A stretch of 64,000 nt of DNA from Eledone cirrhosa (GCA_964016885.1 OZ024763.1:372001-436000), one strand, 5' to 3'. Numbered from the stretch's first letter, positions 28,938 to 58,577 are shown. Notes: a model not told the origin generated them from the letters alone. Numbers and translations: made by a program.

Positions 28938-28997
28938 TTTCATTCTGATGATTGAAAGCAGATTTGTTTGCTTTCAAGAAACCACTGGTAAATGAAA
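28938..28997 (+). ncRNA. Type-I hammerhead ribozyme motif, intact core
   Basis: TTTCATT-CTGATGA-TTGAAAGCA-GATTTGTT-TGCTTTCAA-GAAA-CCACTGG-TA-AATGAAA. Stem I 7 bp, stem II 9 bp, stem III ACC/GGT, predicted cleavage after GUA (28990). Confidence 0.78.
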
Positions 28998-29087
28998 TAA
29001 TTATCTTATGTTGTTTATTACATAACTAATAAGCTTTGTAACCTACATAGGGCACTCTTTTTTCCTGTACCTTTCCGACGGAATTAC

Positions 29088-29155
<68 letters not shown>

Positions 29156-29325
29156 GATAAATCTACATATATATATATATATATATATATATGTAGATAA
29201 ATCTACCAAAAGTTTACGGTAGTGTCCAATCCGTATGAAGAACTCAATGTAATCCGGATATCATGAAAAGAGAAGATGCATTCAAAAACTACTTTCGGTG
29301 AAAAATAAACGGAAAACAGAGTCAA

Positions 29326-29592
29326 GATAAATTAATAAAATAATGAATAAACAAAGAAACAGTTCCTTATATTAAAAAATTTCATCATTTTACGATCGTA
29401 TATATACGAGCGCATATATATGTGTAGGTATGTATATTCCCTCTGATAGTTTGTATAAATATTGTACATAGATCTATAGAATATGCATACCAACTCTAAC
29501 ACACATATATATCCTAGAAACGATCGTAAAATGATGATTTTTTTTAATATAAGGAACTGTTTCTTTGTTTATTCATTATTTTATTAATTTAT
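29326..29592. repeat. Inverted repeat (~73-bp arms) containing the 3' half of the hammerhead family seen at 63504
   Basis: ATAAATTAATAAAATAATG...TCATCATTTTACGATCGT pairs with ACGATCGTAAAATGATGA...TTATTAATTTAT; GAAACGATCGTAAAAT is shared with 63630. Confidence 0.75.
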
Positions 29593-29818
29593 ATATATAT
29601 ATATATTCTGTATTTATCGTAGCTGTGGTATAAATATGGCCACTGCCTTTTTATTAACTTTTGTGTTTACTCTGAACGAGAATATATTAACTTCAAACTC
29701 CATTGAGTGCTTTGGGATTGCTTCAAACAATTCGATTAGTACCTGTTATATGGCAGGTATAACTTCAATTCATACTACATATATTATATTATATACATAT
29801 ATATACATATATATATAT

Positions 29819-30162
29819 ATGGAGGCACATGGCTTAGTGGTTAGAGCATTGGCCTTGCAATCGAAAGGTTGTGAGTTCAATTCTCAGACCGGGTGATGTG
29901 TTGTTTCCTTGAGCAAGACACTTTATTTCACATTGTTCCAGTTTACTCAGCTGTAGAAATGAGATGATAGGGACTGGGGTCCCTATCATTCCACTGCAAA
30001 GTGGTCGTGGAGGTGCCACAGCAAAAAAGCACCCAGCCCACACTGTAAATGAGGTTGGTGTTAGGAAGGGCATCCAGCTGTAGAAATCAAGCCAGAATCA
30101 GTTCCCGTCCCCCCACCCTTGCAAGCAGGGAAAAGCGGACATAAAATGATGATGATGATGAT
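29819..30162 (+). mobile_element. SINE-B, full length
   Basis: Near-identical to 10444-10782. Confidence 0.9.
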
Positions 30163-30256
30163 ATATGTAAAAGGTAAACAAAAATAACAACACAACAATC
30201 AGTACAATATATGGAAGGAATATATTAGGTAAACGCTTGATATAGCAGGAAGAGGG

Positions 30257-30292
30257 TCTTAACGTTTCGGACGCTAGTCCTTCATCAGAAGA
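30257..30292 (-). ncRNA. Ultra-minimal hammerhead motif, second copy (in repeat 30165-30382)
   Basis: Identical to 15359-15394. Confidence 0.68.
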
Positions 30293-30481
30293 AAGAATGA
30301 GAAATAAGATCGATTGAAGGGACGGGTGGGGTGGATTTGGAAAAAATGGTTTTAGATAAAAATAACAGGTCCATCCATGTTGATATCTCTTTCAAAACGA
30401 TTGATATGGAGGCGCTAAAAACCAGTTAAACCATAACGCACCAGAGTACTCATTACTTGGTGTAGTAGAGTGGGTAATACA

Positions 30482-30594
30482 AAAAATTCAGGACCCCGAC
30501 GGCTGACCTCCGGTCATTTCAACAGCTAGCTCTGTATAGTTCAGATCTAGCTGTTGAAACGACCAGAGCTCAGCCGTCGGGGTCCTGAATTTTT
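30482..30594. repeat. GC-rich inverted repeat (~48-bp arms)
   Basis: AAAATTCAGGACCCCGACGGCTGA..TTTCAACAGCTAG pairs with CTAGCTGTTGAAA..TCAGCCGTCGGGGTCCTGAATTTT. Confidence 0.85.
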
Positions 30595-30604
30595 CGTCGA
30601 TATA

Positions 30605-31066
30605 TCATCATCATCATCATCATCAACGTTTAACGTCCGTGTTCCACGCTTGCATGGGTTTGGACGGGGGTAGTCCCACTTGAGGCAAGAGTGATTGTCT
30701 TGCTCGCATAGGACTGTCTGGCGGGTTTTCTACAGCTGGATGCCCTTCCTAACACCAACCACATTTACAGTGTGGGGCTGGGAGGTTTTTACCGTGTTGC
30801 CTACACGGCCACATTACAGCGTGGACTGTGTGTTTTTTTGTCGTGACACCTACACGATCTCATTTGTTTCGGCCTGGATGGCGCGGCACCAACATAACTT
30901 TACATAGGACGGGGTGGTGTGGATGGGGTGGGGGTGGTGGCGGGACGGGGTGTATTTTGTTAGAGATGCCTACTGGCAAGGCGGGTCTTCTCTGTTACTG
31001 AGTACCGCCAAAGGTCTCGGTCCAGTGACATTGTCTTGGAGAGGTGTAAGTGTGTGAGGTCGGAGT
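30605..31066 (-). mobile_element. RTE family c 3' end (ORF C-terminus plus 3' UTR)
   Basis: Minus translation SDLTHLHLSKTMSLDRDLWRYSVTEKTRLASRHL*, followed by a UTR ending in (ATG)n. Confidence 0.82.
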
Positions 31067-31243
31067 GTATATATATATATATATATATAGTTCCTGTCCC
31101 ACCCTTGCAAGCAGGGAAAAGCGGACGTAAAATGATGATGATGATGATGATGATGATATCATCAACATCATCATCATCATCATCATCATCATCATTATCA
31201 TTATTTTACGTCCGCTCTTCCCTGCTCGCAAGGGTGGGACAGT

Positions 31244-31613
31244 ATCATCATCATCATCATCATCATCACCGTTTTACGTCCGTTCTTCCACGCTAGCATG
31301 GGTTAGACGGGTTGTCCTGTTGTGGGCAGTGTCTGGTCGGCTGACCATGCCTTGCTCATACAGGAACTGATTTGGCTTGATTTCTACAGCTGGATGCCCT
31401 TCCTAACACCAACCTCATTTACAGTGAGTGCTGGGTGCTTTTTCGTGGCCCCTACATGTCCACTTTACAGTGAGTGTTGGGTGCTTTTTTGCCGTGGCAC
31501 CTCCACGACCACCTTGCAGTGGGGGGTGTGGGGGCATATTGTCTATATGCTTCAGCTTGTACCCATGGGAGGTCGGGTACTCTGTATTACTGCGTGACGC
31601 CAGAGGTCACGGT
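31244..31613 (-). mobile_element. RTE family a 3' end
   Basis: Minus translation RDLWRHAVIQSTRPPMGTS*, then a UTR matching 15888-16230. Confidence 0.85.
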
Positions 31614-31724
31614 ATATATATATATATATATACTGAAGTAAAGGTTAGGTAGAAATATCCAAGAGTAAGAGTACTCAGTCCATAGGACGAGTTTAGTATA
31701 ACTAATTACAACAGTGACATAAAC

Positions 31725-31770
31725 AGGTACTTAAGTTTCATTGGGTTCTGGGCCCCAACTCATTCAGCCT
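31725..31770 (-). ncRNA. Hammerhead ribozyme motif with a 1-nt insertion in the core
   Basis: Minus strand: AGG-CTGAATGA-GTTGGG-GCCCAGAA-CCCAAT-GAAA-CTTAAG-TA-CCT; palindromic stem III ACTTAAGT. Confidence 0.6.
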
Positions 31771-31937
31771 TTCATGAGAAAAATAAGAAACAAAGATGGC
31801 CCCTATATACATATATATATGATCATGTTTACGTGAGTACATGTATACATATACATACTTGTGTGTGTGTATATATATATATATATACATAAAGTGTATG
31901 TTTTTGTTCCCATGTTAGCTTTTAAAAGTGAAATAAA

Positions 31938-32085
31938 ATAATTGTTTCTACTTTAGGCACAAGGGCAGCAATTTATTAGTGTATTACTGGTACTTTATTT
32001 TATTGACCCCGTAAGGATGAAAGGCAAAGTTAACCTCGGCGGGATTTGAACTCAGATCGTAAAGGGACGTAACTATGCTGGAAAG
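31938..32085 (-). mobile_element. SINE-A, 5'-truncated
   Basis: Reverse-complement match to the SINE-A consensus. Confidence 0.85.
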
Positions 32086-32124
32086 CCGTTAACTATATGA
32101 CATTGCTTCCGCCACTCTCACTTC

Positions 32125-34397
32125 TATCATCATCATCATCATCATCAACATCACCATCACCGTCATCATCGTCATTACCACCACTACCACCACCACCTTC
32201 TCACCACCACCACCACCACCACCACCTTCTCACCACCACCACCGCCTTCTCAACATCACCACCTTATTCATTACTGCACATCACCGCGACTACCAAATTA
32301 TTAATCACAGTTGTCCCTGCCACCACCACCACCACCACCACCGCCACCACTATGACCAGTGCTGTCCTCCCCACCACCACCACACAATAAAACACCGTTA
32401 CTCCAATACCAGCTGCTGCTGCTATAGTTCACCACCACCGCCACCACCATAATACAACACCACCACCACCACCACACAATACAACACCACCACCGCCACC
32501 GCACCACCTCCATCACCACCACCATTACCACCACCACCACCACCACCACACCACACAATACAACACCACCACCGCCACCGCACCACCTCCATCACCACCA
32601 CCATTACCACCACCACCACCACCACACCACACAATACAACACCACCATCACCACCACACAATACAACACCACCACCGCCACCACACCACACCACACCACC
32701 ACCACCACCACCACGACACAATACAATACCACCACCACCACACCACCTCCATCATCATCACCACCACCACCACCACCACCACCACCACCACCATAATACA
32801 ACACCACCACCACCACCGCACCACCTCCATCATCACCACCATTACCACCACCACCACCACACCACACAATACAACACCACCATCACCACCACACAATACA
32901 ACACCACCACCGCCACCACACCACACCACCACCACCACACCACACCACACCACCACCACCACCACACCACACCACCACCACCACCACCACCACACAATAC
33001 AACACCACCACCACCACACCACCTCCATCATCACCACCATTACCACCACCACCACACAATACAACACCACCACCACCACACCACCACCACCATTACCGCC
33101 ACCACCACCACACAATACAACACCGCCACCACACCACACAATACAACACCACCACCGCCACCACCACCACCACCACCACTATTAATATCATCAACTGCTG
33201 CTGCTAATTACACCATCACCACCACCACCGCCACCACCATTCTCCCTATCATCAGCTGCTGCTGCTGCTGAGTCCCCTCCACCACTACTATCATCAGCTG
33301 CTGCTGCTGCTAATTTCCTCATCACTATCACCACCACCACCACCACTATGCAATTTATCACACACCACCACCACCATCACCACAACCATACTATCATCAG
33401 CAGCTGCTGCTGCTTAGTTCCCCACCATCACCATTACTACAACACAACGCCACCACCACCATCATCAGTTGCTGCTGCTAAATCTACCCCCCCCCCCTTC
33501 ACAACCACCACTATTAACATCATCTGCTGCTGCTGCTAATTTCTTCTCCACCCTCATCATCACCACCACCACCATCACCACCACCACCATACCTCTCATC
33601 AACTGCTGCTGCTGTTGCTAATTCCCCCCCCCTCCCCACCACCACCACTATCCCTATCATCAGCTGTTGCTGCTATCGCCACCACCACCACCACCATTAG
33701 TATCATCAGCTGCTGCTGCTAATATTTTTCTCCACCACCACCACAACCACCACCACCACCACCACCACCTTCCCTATCATCAGCTGCTGCTGCTTAATAC
33801 CACCACCACCACCACCACTATCCCTATCATCAGCTGCTGCTGCTTATTCCCCCCCACCACCACCACTATCACTATCATCAGCTGCTGCTGCTTAGTTCCA
33901 CCACCCCCACCACCACCACCACTATCCCTATCATCAGCTCCTGCTGCTTAGTTCCATCCCCACCACCACCACCACCACCACTACCACCACCACTATCCCT
34001 ATCATCAGCTGCTGCTGCTTATTTTAATCCCCACCACCACCACCACCACCCCCACTACCACCACCATCACTATCCCTATCATCAGCTGCTGCTGCTTATT
34101 TCCATCCCCACTACCACCACCACCACCACCACCACCACTATCCCTATCATAAGCTGCTGCTGCTGCTGCTTAGTTCCATCCCCACCATCACCACCATCAC
34201 CACCATCCCTATCATCAGCTGCTGCTGCTTATTTCCATCCCCACCACCACCACCATCACTATCATCAGCTGCTGCTGCTTATTTCCATCCCCACCACCAC
34301 CACCACCACCACCACTATCCCTATCATCAGCTGCTGCTGCTTAGTTCCCCCCCCCCACCACCACTATCATCCCTATCTTCAGCTGCTGCTGCTGCTG
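32125..34397. repeat. (ACC)n domain grading into an ACC/CTG minisatellite (CCCTATCATCAGCTGCTGCTGCTTA core)
   Basis: Read directly. Confidence 0.92.
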
Positions 34398-34713
34398 TTA
34401 CAATATTTCTCCTTCCTTCTCTTCTATCGTTCTGTGACAATGGCTGTAAGCCTGTATGTTTATATCTCTCCTTCGGGCAATATAAAGTTGAATAGGTGTA
34501 CATTGGACAAACTTGCTTTGTGTTTCTATGATCTGAGTAAGTCTATCATCTATCACTGTTGATCTTTCAATACCCTCATTTAGATAGAAATATATATACA
34601 CACACACATATATAAACATATATAAACATACATATTGTGTATATATATACATATTGTGTATATATATATACATACATATTGTGTATATATATATATATAT
34701 ATATAAGTTTATG

Positions 34714-34822
34714 CCGGGTTCAATCGGGGGTAACCACAGTAAGTAAGGTACTCAATGCAAAGTAGAGTATACATATTTAATATAGAAATGGCTTCTACAG
34801 GACTAGAACTGTTTCATTCTAC

Positions 34823-34888
<66 letters not shown>

Positions 34889-34924
34889 TGTTAGCTTCTC
34901 GCTACAACAATTTCTATACTTTTC

Positions 34925-34972
<48 letters not shown>

Positions 34973-35408
34973 GAGTTAAACAAGATTCAATGAGTATATC
35001 AAAGAATGAGTTTTACAGTTTTAACATCTCAGGGTTTGTCATGTATCATTATATTTTGTCTGATGAGGACGTACTGTTGTACCTCCGAAATATGTATAAT
35101 AAAATGTTATTGATCAAAAGAACATCTATTTTATTAATATTTGTATTTTAATACACACACATATATATATGTATATATATATTTATATATATATTATATA
35201 TATATTTATATATATATATATGTTTATATATATATTTATATATTTATATATATTTATATATTTATATATATATATGTTTATATATATATATTTATATATA
35301 TATATAAACAGTTCTAGTCCTGTAGAAGGTATTTCTATATTAAATATTTACACTCTACTAATGTATTGAGTACCTTACTTACTGTGGTTACTTCCGATTG
35401 AACCCGAG
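34714..35408. repeat. Diverged inverted repeat (arms about 34714-34814 and 35307-35406) enclosing a degenerate hammerhead motif at about 35054-35105
   Basis: GTAACCACAGTAAGTAAGGTACTCAAT..CTACAGGACTAGAACTGTTT pairs with AAACAGTTCTAGTCCTGTAG..ATTGAGTACCTTACTTACTGTGGTTAC. Inner sequence CTGATGA-GGACGTAC-TGTT-GTACCTCC-GAAA. Confidence 0.7.
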
Positions 35409-35427
35409 ACTCATATATATGTGTGTG

Positions 35428-35482
<55 letters not shown>

Positions 35483-35628
35483 TATATATATATACACACA
35501 CTTGAGCAAGGCACTTTATTTCACGTTGCTCCTTCTACCTGGAGTTGTGACAGGCAATTGGAAAGACCAATGGAAACATTGTTTCCTCGGTCCGATCTGA
35601 CGAAAGTCGATTGACTATATGTGTGTAT

Positions 35629-35695
<67 letters not shown>

Positions 35696-35836
35696 ATGTA
35701 ATATATGTCTGTGTGTGTATGTGGTATATTTGTATGTGTATGTGAAATATATATTGTGTGTGTGTGTGTGATGTGATATAGATGTGTGTGTATATGATAT
35801 ATATATATGTGTGTGATATATGTATATATATATACA

Positions 35837-36375
35837 CAGGATGTCCCACAAAAATGTATACACTGCAACATCATTCTAATAAAAAGTATGTATACATATT
35901 TTTGGGGCATCCTATATATGTGTGTATATATATGTATACATTTTTGGGGGACACCCTATATGTGTGTGAGTGTGTATATGTGTGTGTGTGTGCATATCTA
36001 TATATATGTGTATATATATATATGTATATATTTTTTGGGGACACTCTATATATATATATGTGTGTGTATATATATATATATGTGTGTGTGTGTGCATATC
36101 TATATATATGTGTGTATATATATACATATATGTGTGTGTATATATATATGTATACATTTTGGGGGGGGACACCTTATATATATGTGTGTGTGTATATCTA
36201 TATATATGTGTGTATATATATACATATATGTGTGTATATATATATGTATACATTTTTGGGGGGACACCCTATATATATGTGTGTGTGTGTATATATGTAT
36301 ATATGTTTGTGTGTGTATATATACATATATATATGTGTGTATATATATATGTATACATTTTTTGGGGATACCCTA
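35837..36375. mobile_element. Small Tc1/mariner-type MITE (35837-35914) followed by five further copies of its right TIR
   Basis: CAGGATGTCCCACAAAAATGTATACA pairs with TGTATACATATTTTTGGGGCATCCT in TA context; TGTATACATTTTTGGGGGACACCCT recurs to 36375 and again near 56130-56150. Confidence 0.65.
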
Positions 36376-36574
36376 TATATATGTGTATGTGTGTGTGTGT
36401 GTGTGTATATATGTATGTGTGTGTGTATATACATATCTATATATATGTGTGTATATATATATAAAGCCACCCTGTAGAAATCTTTGGTACTAAGTAAGCA
36501 AGTTTTATTGTGATTTTATATATCAAGGATTTGGTGGCTCTCCTTCCAGAACCCGCTGTTTATAGTCCCTTAAA

Positions 36575-52800
<16,226 letters not shown>

Positions 52801-52984
52801 CCCCTCTGTCTGTCTCTCTCTACAAGTTACTCTTCTCTCCTCCCCTTCCCTCTTCAACATTACCTCCTCCTCACCCTCCTTCATCTCCAGCCATCAAACA
52901 ACCACCCCAGGTCGTTTTTATCTCCTTTTCAACTTTCTTTCCGCTCAAGCACCCTACCTTTCCACCCTACCTCTCTCCCCACAG

Positions 52985-53070
52985 GGTCTCTGTCCCCAAC
53001 ACACCCCCGCTGCCCATGTATTCAGCCAACACCGCCGCCGCCATCTCGACTCCGCTCTTACAGTTCCAAC
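52985..53070 (+). CDS. Candidate isolated 86-nt internal coding exon of an unidentified gene (Pro/Ala/Thr-rich: VSVPNTPPLPMYSANTAAAISTPLLQFQ)
   Basis: Long pyrimidine tract ending CCCCACAG at 52984; non-repetitive, GC- and CpG-richer open frame; donor AC/GTAAAT at 53071. No homology recognised. Confidence 0.45.
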
Positions 53071-53418
53071 GTAAATTCTCGCATAAAAAGCACATGGCTT
53101 CTTTTTACTCGCCCTCTCCTTCTCCCCCCCCCTTCTCTTCCTCATTAGCTTTAATTTCTCTCTTCCTTTCTCCCCCCCTCTCTCACCTCTATATACCCCC
53201 CTCTATCTCTCTCCTTTCATTCCTTCATCTCTCCTTTTACTCTCTCATGTTGACCCACTCTCTTTGTCTTTGTTCCTCTTTCTAACCTCTCTCTCAATAT
53301 ATATATATTATATATATATATATATATATAACGTATATTATGTATATATTTGTATGTATATTTACATACAAATATATACATATGCGTTACATATATATAT
53401 ATATACTCAAAGATACAA

Positions 53419-53478
<60 letters not shown>

Positions 53479-54097
53479 CTATATAAGTATACAAATACAT
53501 ACGAACAAATATATATATATATATATATACACATGTGTAGATATTTGTTCGTGTGTATTTGTACAAACGTGTATATTTGTGTGTATGTATTTGTATACTT
53601 ATATAGATACAAATATAGATACATATATATATGCATGCTTGTATTTTTGAGAGTATATATATATATATATACACACACACCTCTGTTTTCTCTGTCTTCT
53701 TCCTCTCACTACTTCTCTTCTTTAATTGAAGAGTTTCGATTTCATCAACTTAGAATTATCGATTCCTGTGCATCATCACCATCACCCGTTTGGCTACTAT
53801 GTTGATGATGTGTGTGTGTGTGTATATATATATATAATCATGTGTGTGTTTATATATCGTGGTGCGTGTGTATTTATATGCATATATATGTGAGTGTTTC
53901 TATGCGTGTATGTATATATAGTTAGGGAAGCAGAAAATTGCTTATTGTAATTCAATTATTTTATGTATGTATGTGTGTGTGTGTATATATATATATGTGT
54001 GTGTGTGTGTATACACACACATGTATATATATATATACACACACATATCTCCGATCTTTTCTTCTCTCTCTCTATGTATATATATTATATATGTATG

Positions 54098-54232
<135 letters not shown>

Positions 54233-54653
54233 GTATATATATATATGTATATATATATATGTATATATTATATGTATATATTTATATGTATATATTTATA
54301 TGTATATATTTATATATATATATGTATGTATATATTTATATATATATATGTATGTATATATTTATATATATATATGTATGTATATTTATATATATATGTA
54401 TGTATATTGTATGTATATATATATATATGTATGTATATATATATATATATGTGTATGTATATATATATATATGTGTATGTATATATATATATATGTGTAT
54501 GTATATATATATATATGTATGTATATATATATATATGTATGTATATATATATGTATATATATATATATGTATGTATATATATATGTATGTATGTATATAT
54601 ATATATATGTATGTATATTATGTTTGTATATTATGTATATATATGTATGTATG

Positions 54654-54684
<31 letters not shown>

Positions 54685-54687
54685 GTT

Positions 54688-54718
<31 letters not shown>

Positions 54719-54720
54719 AC

Positions 54721-54754
<34 letters not shown>

Positions 54755-54770
54755 GTATATGTATATGTAT

Positions 54771-55234
<464 letters not shown>

Positions 55235-55620
55235 CATATATATATATACATATATATATACATATACATATATATATATACATATACATATACATATATA
55301 TATATATATACATATACATACACATATATATATATACATATACATATATATATATATACATATACATATATACACATACATACATATATATATGTATATA
55401 TATATATGTATATATATATATATGTATAGTAATAATAAATATATATATGTATATATACCCGATGTATATTATGAGGTGACCACAGTTAAGAAAGGTACTC
55501 AATACGTTAGTAGAGTGTATATATAATATATATATACACACACACACACATACACACGCTACAACACTGTAGAACCGGACACACACACGTGTCTCATTAG
55601 AGCTTATGTATATATATATA

Positions 55621-55669
<49 letters not shown>

Positions 55670-55992
55670 ATATGTATATATATATATGTGTGTATATGTA
55701 TATATACATATGTGTGTCTATGTATGTATATGTGTGTATATGTATATATATATATATGTGTGTATATGTATATGTGTGTATATGTATATATACATATATG
55801 TGTGTGTATATGTATATATATAGATGTGTGTATATGTATATATATATACATGTGTGTGTATGTATATATATATGTGTGTGTGTATATGTATATATGTGTG
55901 CATATGTATATATATATAAGTGTGTATGTATGTATATATATATATGTATATATTTATGTGTGTGTGTATGTATATATATATATGTGTGTGTG

Positions 55993-56031
<39 letters not shown>

Positions 56032-56156
56032 ATGTATATATATATATATGTGTGTGTAATTATTATCATTACATCTATATATATAAATATATTCTAATAA
56101 ATTTTGCCTGTACAGGTAATGAAAGTGTGTATACATTTTTGGGGGACACTATATAT

Positions 56157-56356
56157 NNNNNNNNNNNNNNNNNNNNNNNNNNNNNNNNNNNNNNNNNNNN
56201 NNNNNNNNNNNNNNNNNNNNNNNNNNNNNNNNNNNNNNNNNNNNNNNNNNNNNNNNNNNNNNNNNNNNNNNNNNNNNNNNNNNNNNNNNNNNNNNNNNNN
56301 NNNNNNNNNNNNNNNNNNNNNNNNNNNNNNNNNNNNNNNNNNNNNNNNNNNNNNNN
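56157..56356. other. Assembly gap (200 N)
   Basis: Run of N. Confidence 1.
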
Positions 56357-57315
56357 TTTAAACTAACGAGCAAATTTGATTAATTAATCCTTGATTAATT
56401 AAAAATTGTTTTGCTCACTACATTAACTATAACTTAACTAATTACACATATTGGCTGGGACAGTGGGGGGGGGGGGGGTGAGAGTGATATATATATAGAG
56501 AGAGAGTGAGAGAGATATAGAGAGAGAGTGACGGGGTGGAGAGAGTGTGTGGGAGATAGAGTGATATATATAGAGAGAGAGAGAATGAGAGATATATATA
56601 GAGAGAGAGAGAGATATAGAGAGAGAGTGAGTGAGAGGGTGGAGGAGTGTGTGGGAGATAGAGAGAGAGAGAGGGGGTGGAGAGTGTGTGGGAGATAAAG
56701 AGAGAGAGAGAGAGACAATGAGAGGTATATAGAGAGTGAGTGGAGAGAGAGAGGGGGTGGAGAGTGTGTGGGAGATAGAGAGGAGAGAGAGAGACAATGA
56801 GAGGTATATAGAGAGAGTGAGTGACAGACTGAGAGAGAGAGAGAGAAAGTTAGCTTAAAATATATCTCAGAATTTTATTCCTCATTCTCATCCACACTAT
56901 CATCATTGCCCCCCCCCCCCACTATCATCATCATCCCCCCCTCTCCACACTATCATCATCAATCCCCCCCCTCCACACTATCATCATCATCATTGTCTCC
57001 CCCCCTCCACACTATCATCACCATTGCCCCCCCCCCGTCCTCATTATCATCGTTCTTCAGCCCTGGGGCACTTAGTTAACCACCCTATAGATAATGAACA
57101 CAACCACAAGGATATGGTCCCAACTCCCACTGTCATCGCCTCCATCTCTCTCGCCCTCCCCATCTCTCTGTATGGTGAGCAAACAGGGTCCCACGTGCTG
57201 GCCTCCCCACAGACCCCGGCAGACAGAATGGAGAAGGCGTTTCCCCCGGAGGATGGTAAGGGGAGATGCGCTGGAAGAGCCATTCCATCTCGCGAGGCTC
57301 ACACCTGCGGCTGGC

Positions 57316-58577
57316 CAGCTCAGCGCCTATGGGGGGTGAGTAGGGAGGTAGCCCTAGGGCCAAGGACACCAGAAGTCTCTACTGCTTGGGTTAGTCAGCT
57401 CAGCACCTATGGTGGTAAGTAGTGAGGTAGCCCCAGGGCCAAGGACACCAGAAGTCTCCACTGCTAGGGGTAGTCAGCTCAGCACCTATGGTGGTAAGTA
57501 GGGAGGTAGCCCTAGGGCCAAGGACACCAGAAGTCTCTACTGCTTGGGTTAGTCAGCTCAGCACCTATGGCGGTAAGTAGGGAGGTAGCCCTAGGGCCAA
57601 GGACACCAGAAGTCTCTACTGCTTGGGTTAGTCAGCTCAGCACCTATGGTGGTAAGTAGGGAGGTAGCCCTAGGGGCCAAGGACACCAGAAGTCTCTACT
57701 GCTTGGGTTAGTCAGCTCAGCACCTATGGTGGTAAGTAGGGAGGTAGCCCTAGGGCCAAGGACACCAGAAGTCTCTACTGCTTGGGTTAGTCAGCTCAGC
57801 ACCTATGGTGGTAAGTAGGGAGGTAGCCCTAGGGCCAAGGACACCAGAAGTCTCCACTGCTTGGGGTAGTCAGCTCAGCACGTATGGTGGTAAGTAGGGA
57901 GGTAGCCCTAGGGCCAAGGACACCAGAAGTCTCCACTGCTTGGGGTAGTCAGCTCAGCACGTATGGTGGTAAGTAGGGAGGTAGCCCTAGGGCCAAGGAC
58001 ACCAGAAGTCTCTACTGCTTGGGGTAGTCAGCTCAGCACCTATGGTGGTAAGTAGGGAGGTAGCCCTAGGGCCAAGGACACCAGAAGTCTCTACTGCTTG
58101 GGGTAGTCAGCTCAGCACCTATGGTGGTAAGTAGGGAGGTAGCCCTAGGGCCAAGGACACCAGAAGTCTCTACTGCTTGGGGGTAGTCAGCTCAGCACCT
58201 ATGGCGGTAAGTAGGGAGGTAGCCTGGGGGGGTGAGTAGTGAGGTAGCCCCAGGGCCAAGGACACCAGAAGTCTCTACTGCTTGGGGTAGTCAGCTCAAC
58301 ACCTATGGTGGTAAGTAGGGAGGTAGCCCTGGGGGTGAGTAGTGAGGTAGCCCAGGGCCAAGGGCACCAGAAGTCTCTACTGCTTGGGGTAGTCAGCTCA
58401 GCACCTATGGTGGTAAGTAGGGAGGTAGCCCTAGGGCCAAGTACACCAGGAAGTCTCTACTGCTATGGTGGTGAGTAGGGAAGTAGCCCCAGGGCCAAGG
58501 AGACCAGAAGTCTCTACTGCTATGGTGGTGAGTAGGGAGGTAGCCCTAGGGCCAAGGACACCAGAAGTCTCTACTGC
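57316..58577. repeat. 79-bp GC-rich minisatellite, about 16 units
   Basis: GGCCAAGGACACCAGAAGTCTC at 57358, 57437, 57516 and onward (period 79). Confidence 0.95.

Larger units (their letters stand above)
28767..29025. mobile_element. Near-perfect inverted repeat (~107-bp arms), putative Penelope-like terminal palindrome
   Basis: 28767-28873 is the reverse complement of 28919-29025 with about one mismatch; each arm carries a hammerhead motif. Confidence 0.8.

Noticed and set aside
34398-34590. Short non-repetitive minus-strand ORF (LNEGIERSTVIDDRL...)
   Set aside because: No recognisable domain and no clear splice boundaries; its start lies in a microsatellite.
35560-35615. CTGACGA plus GAAA suggesting a permuted hammerhead
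   Set aside because: Stems I and II cannot be closed, and the second copy lacks CTGACGA.
57170-57310. Possible HDV-like ribozyme in the GC-rich segment
   Set aside because: I could not build a consistent P1/P1.1/P2/P3 double pseudoknot by eye.
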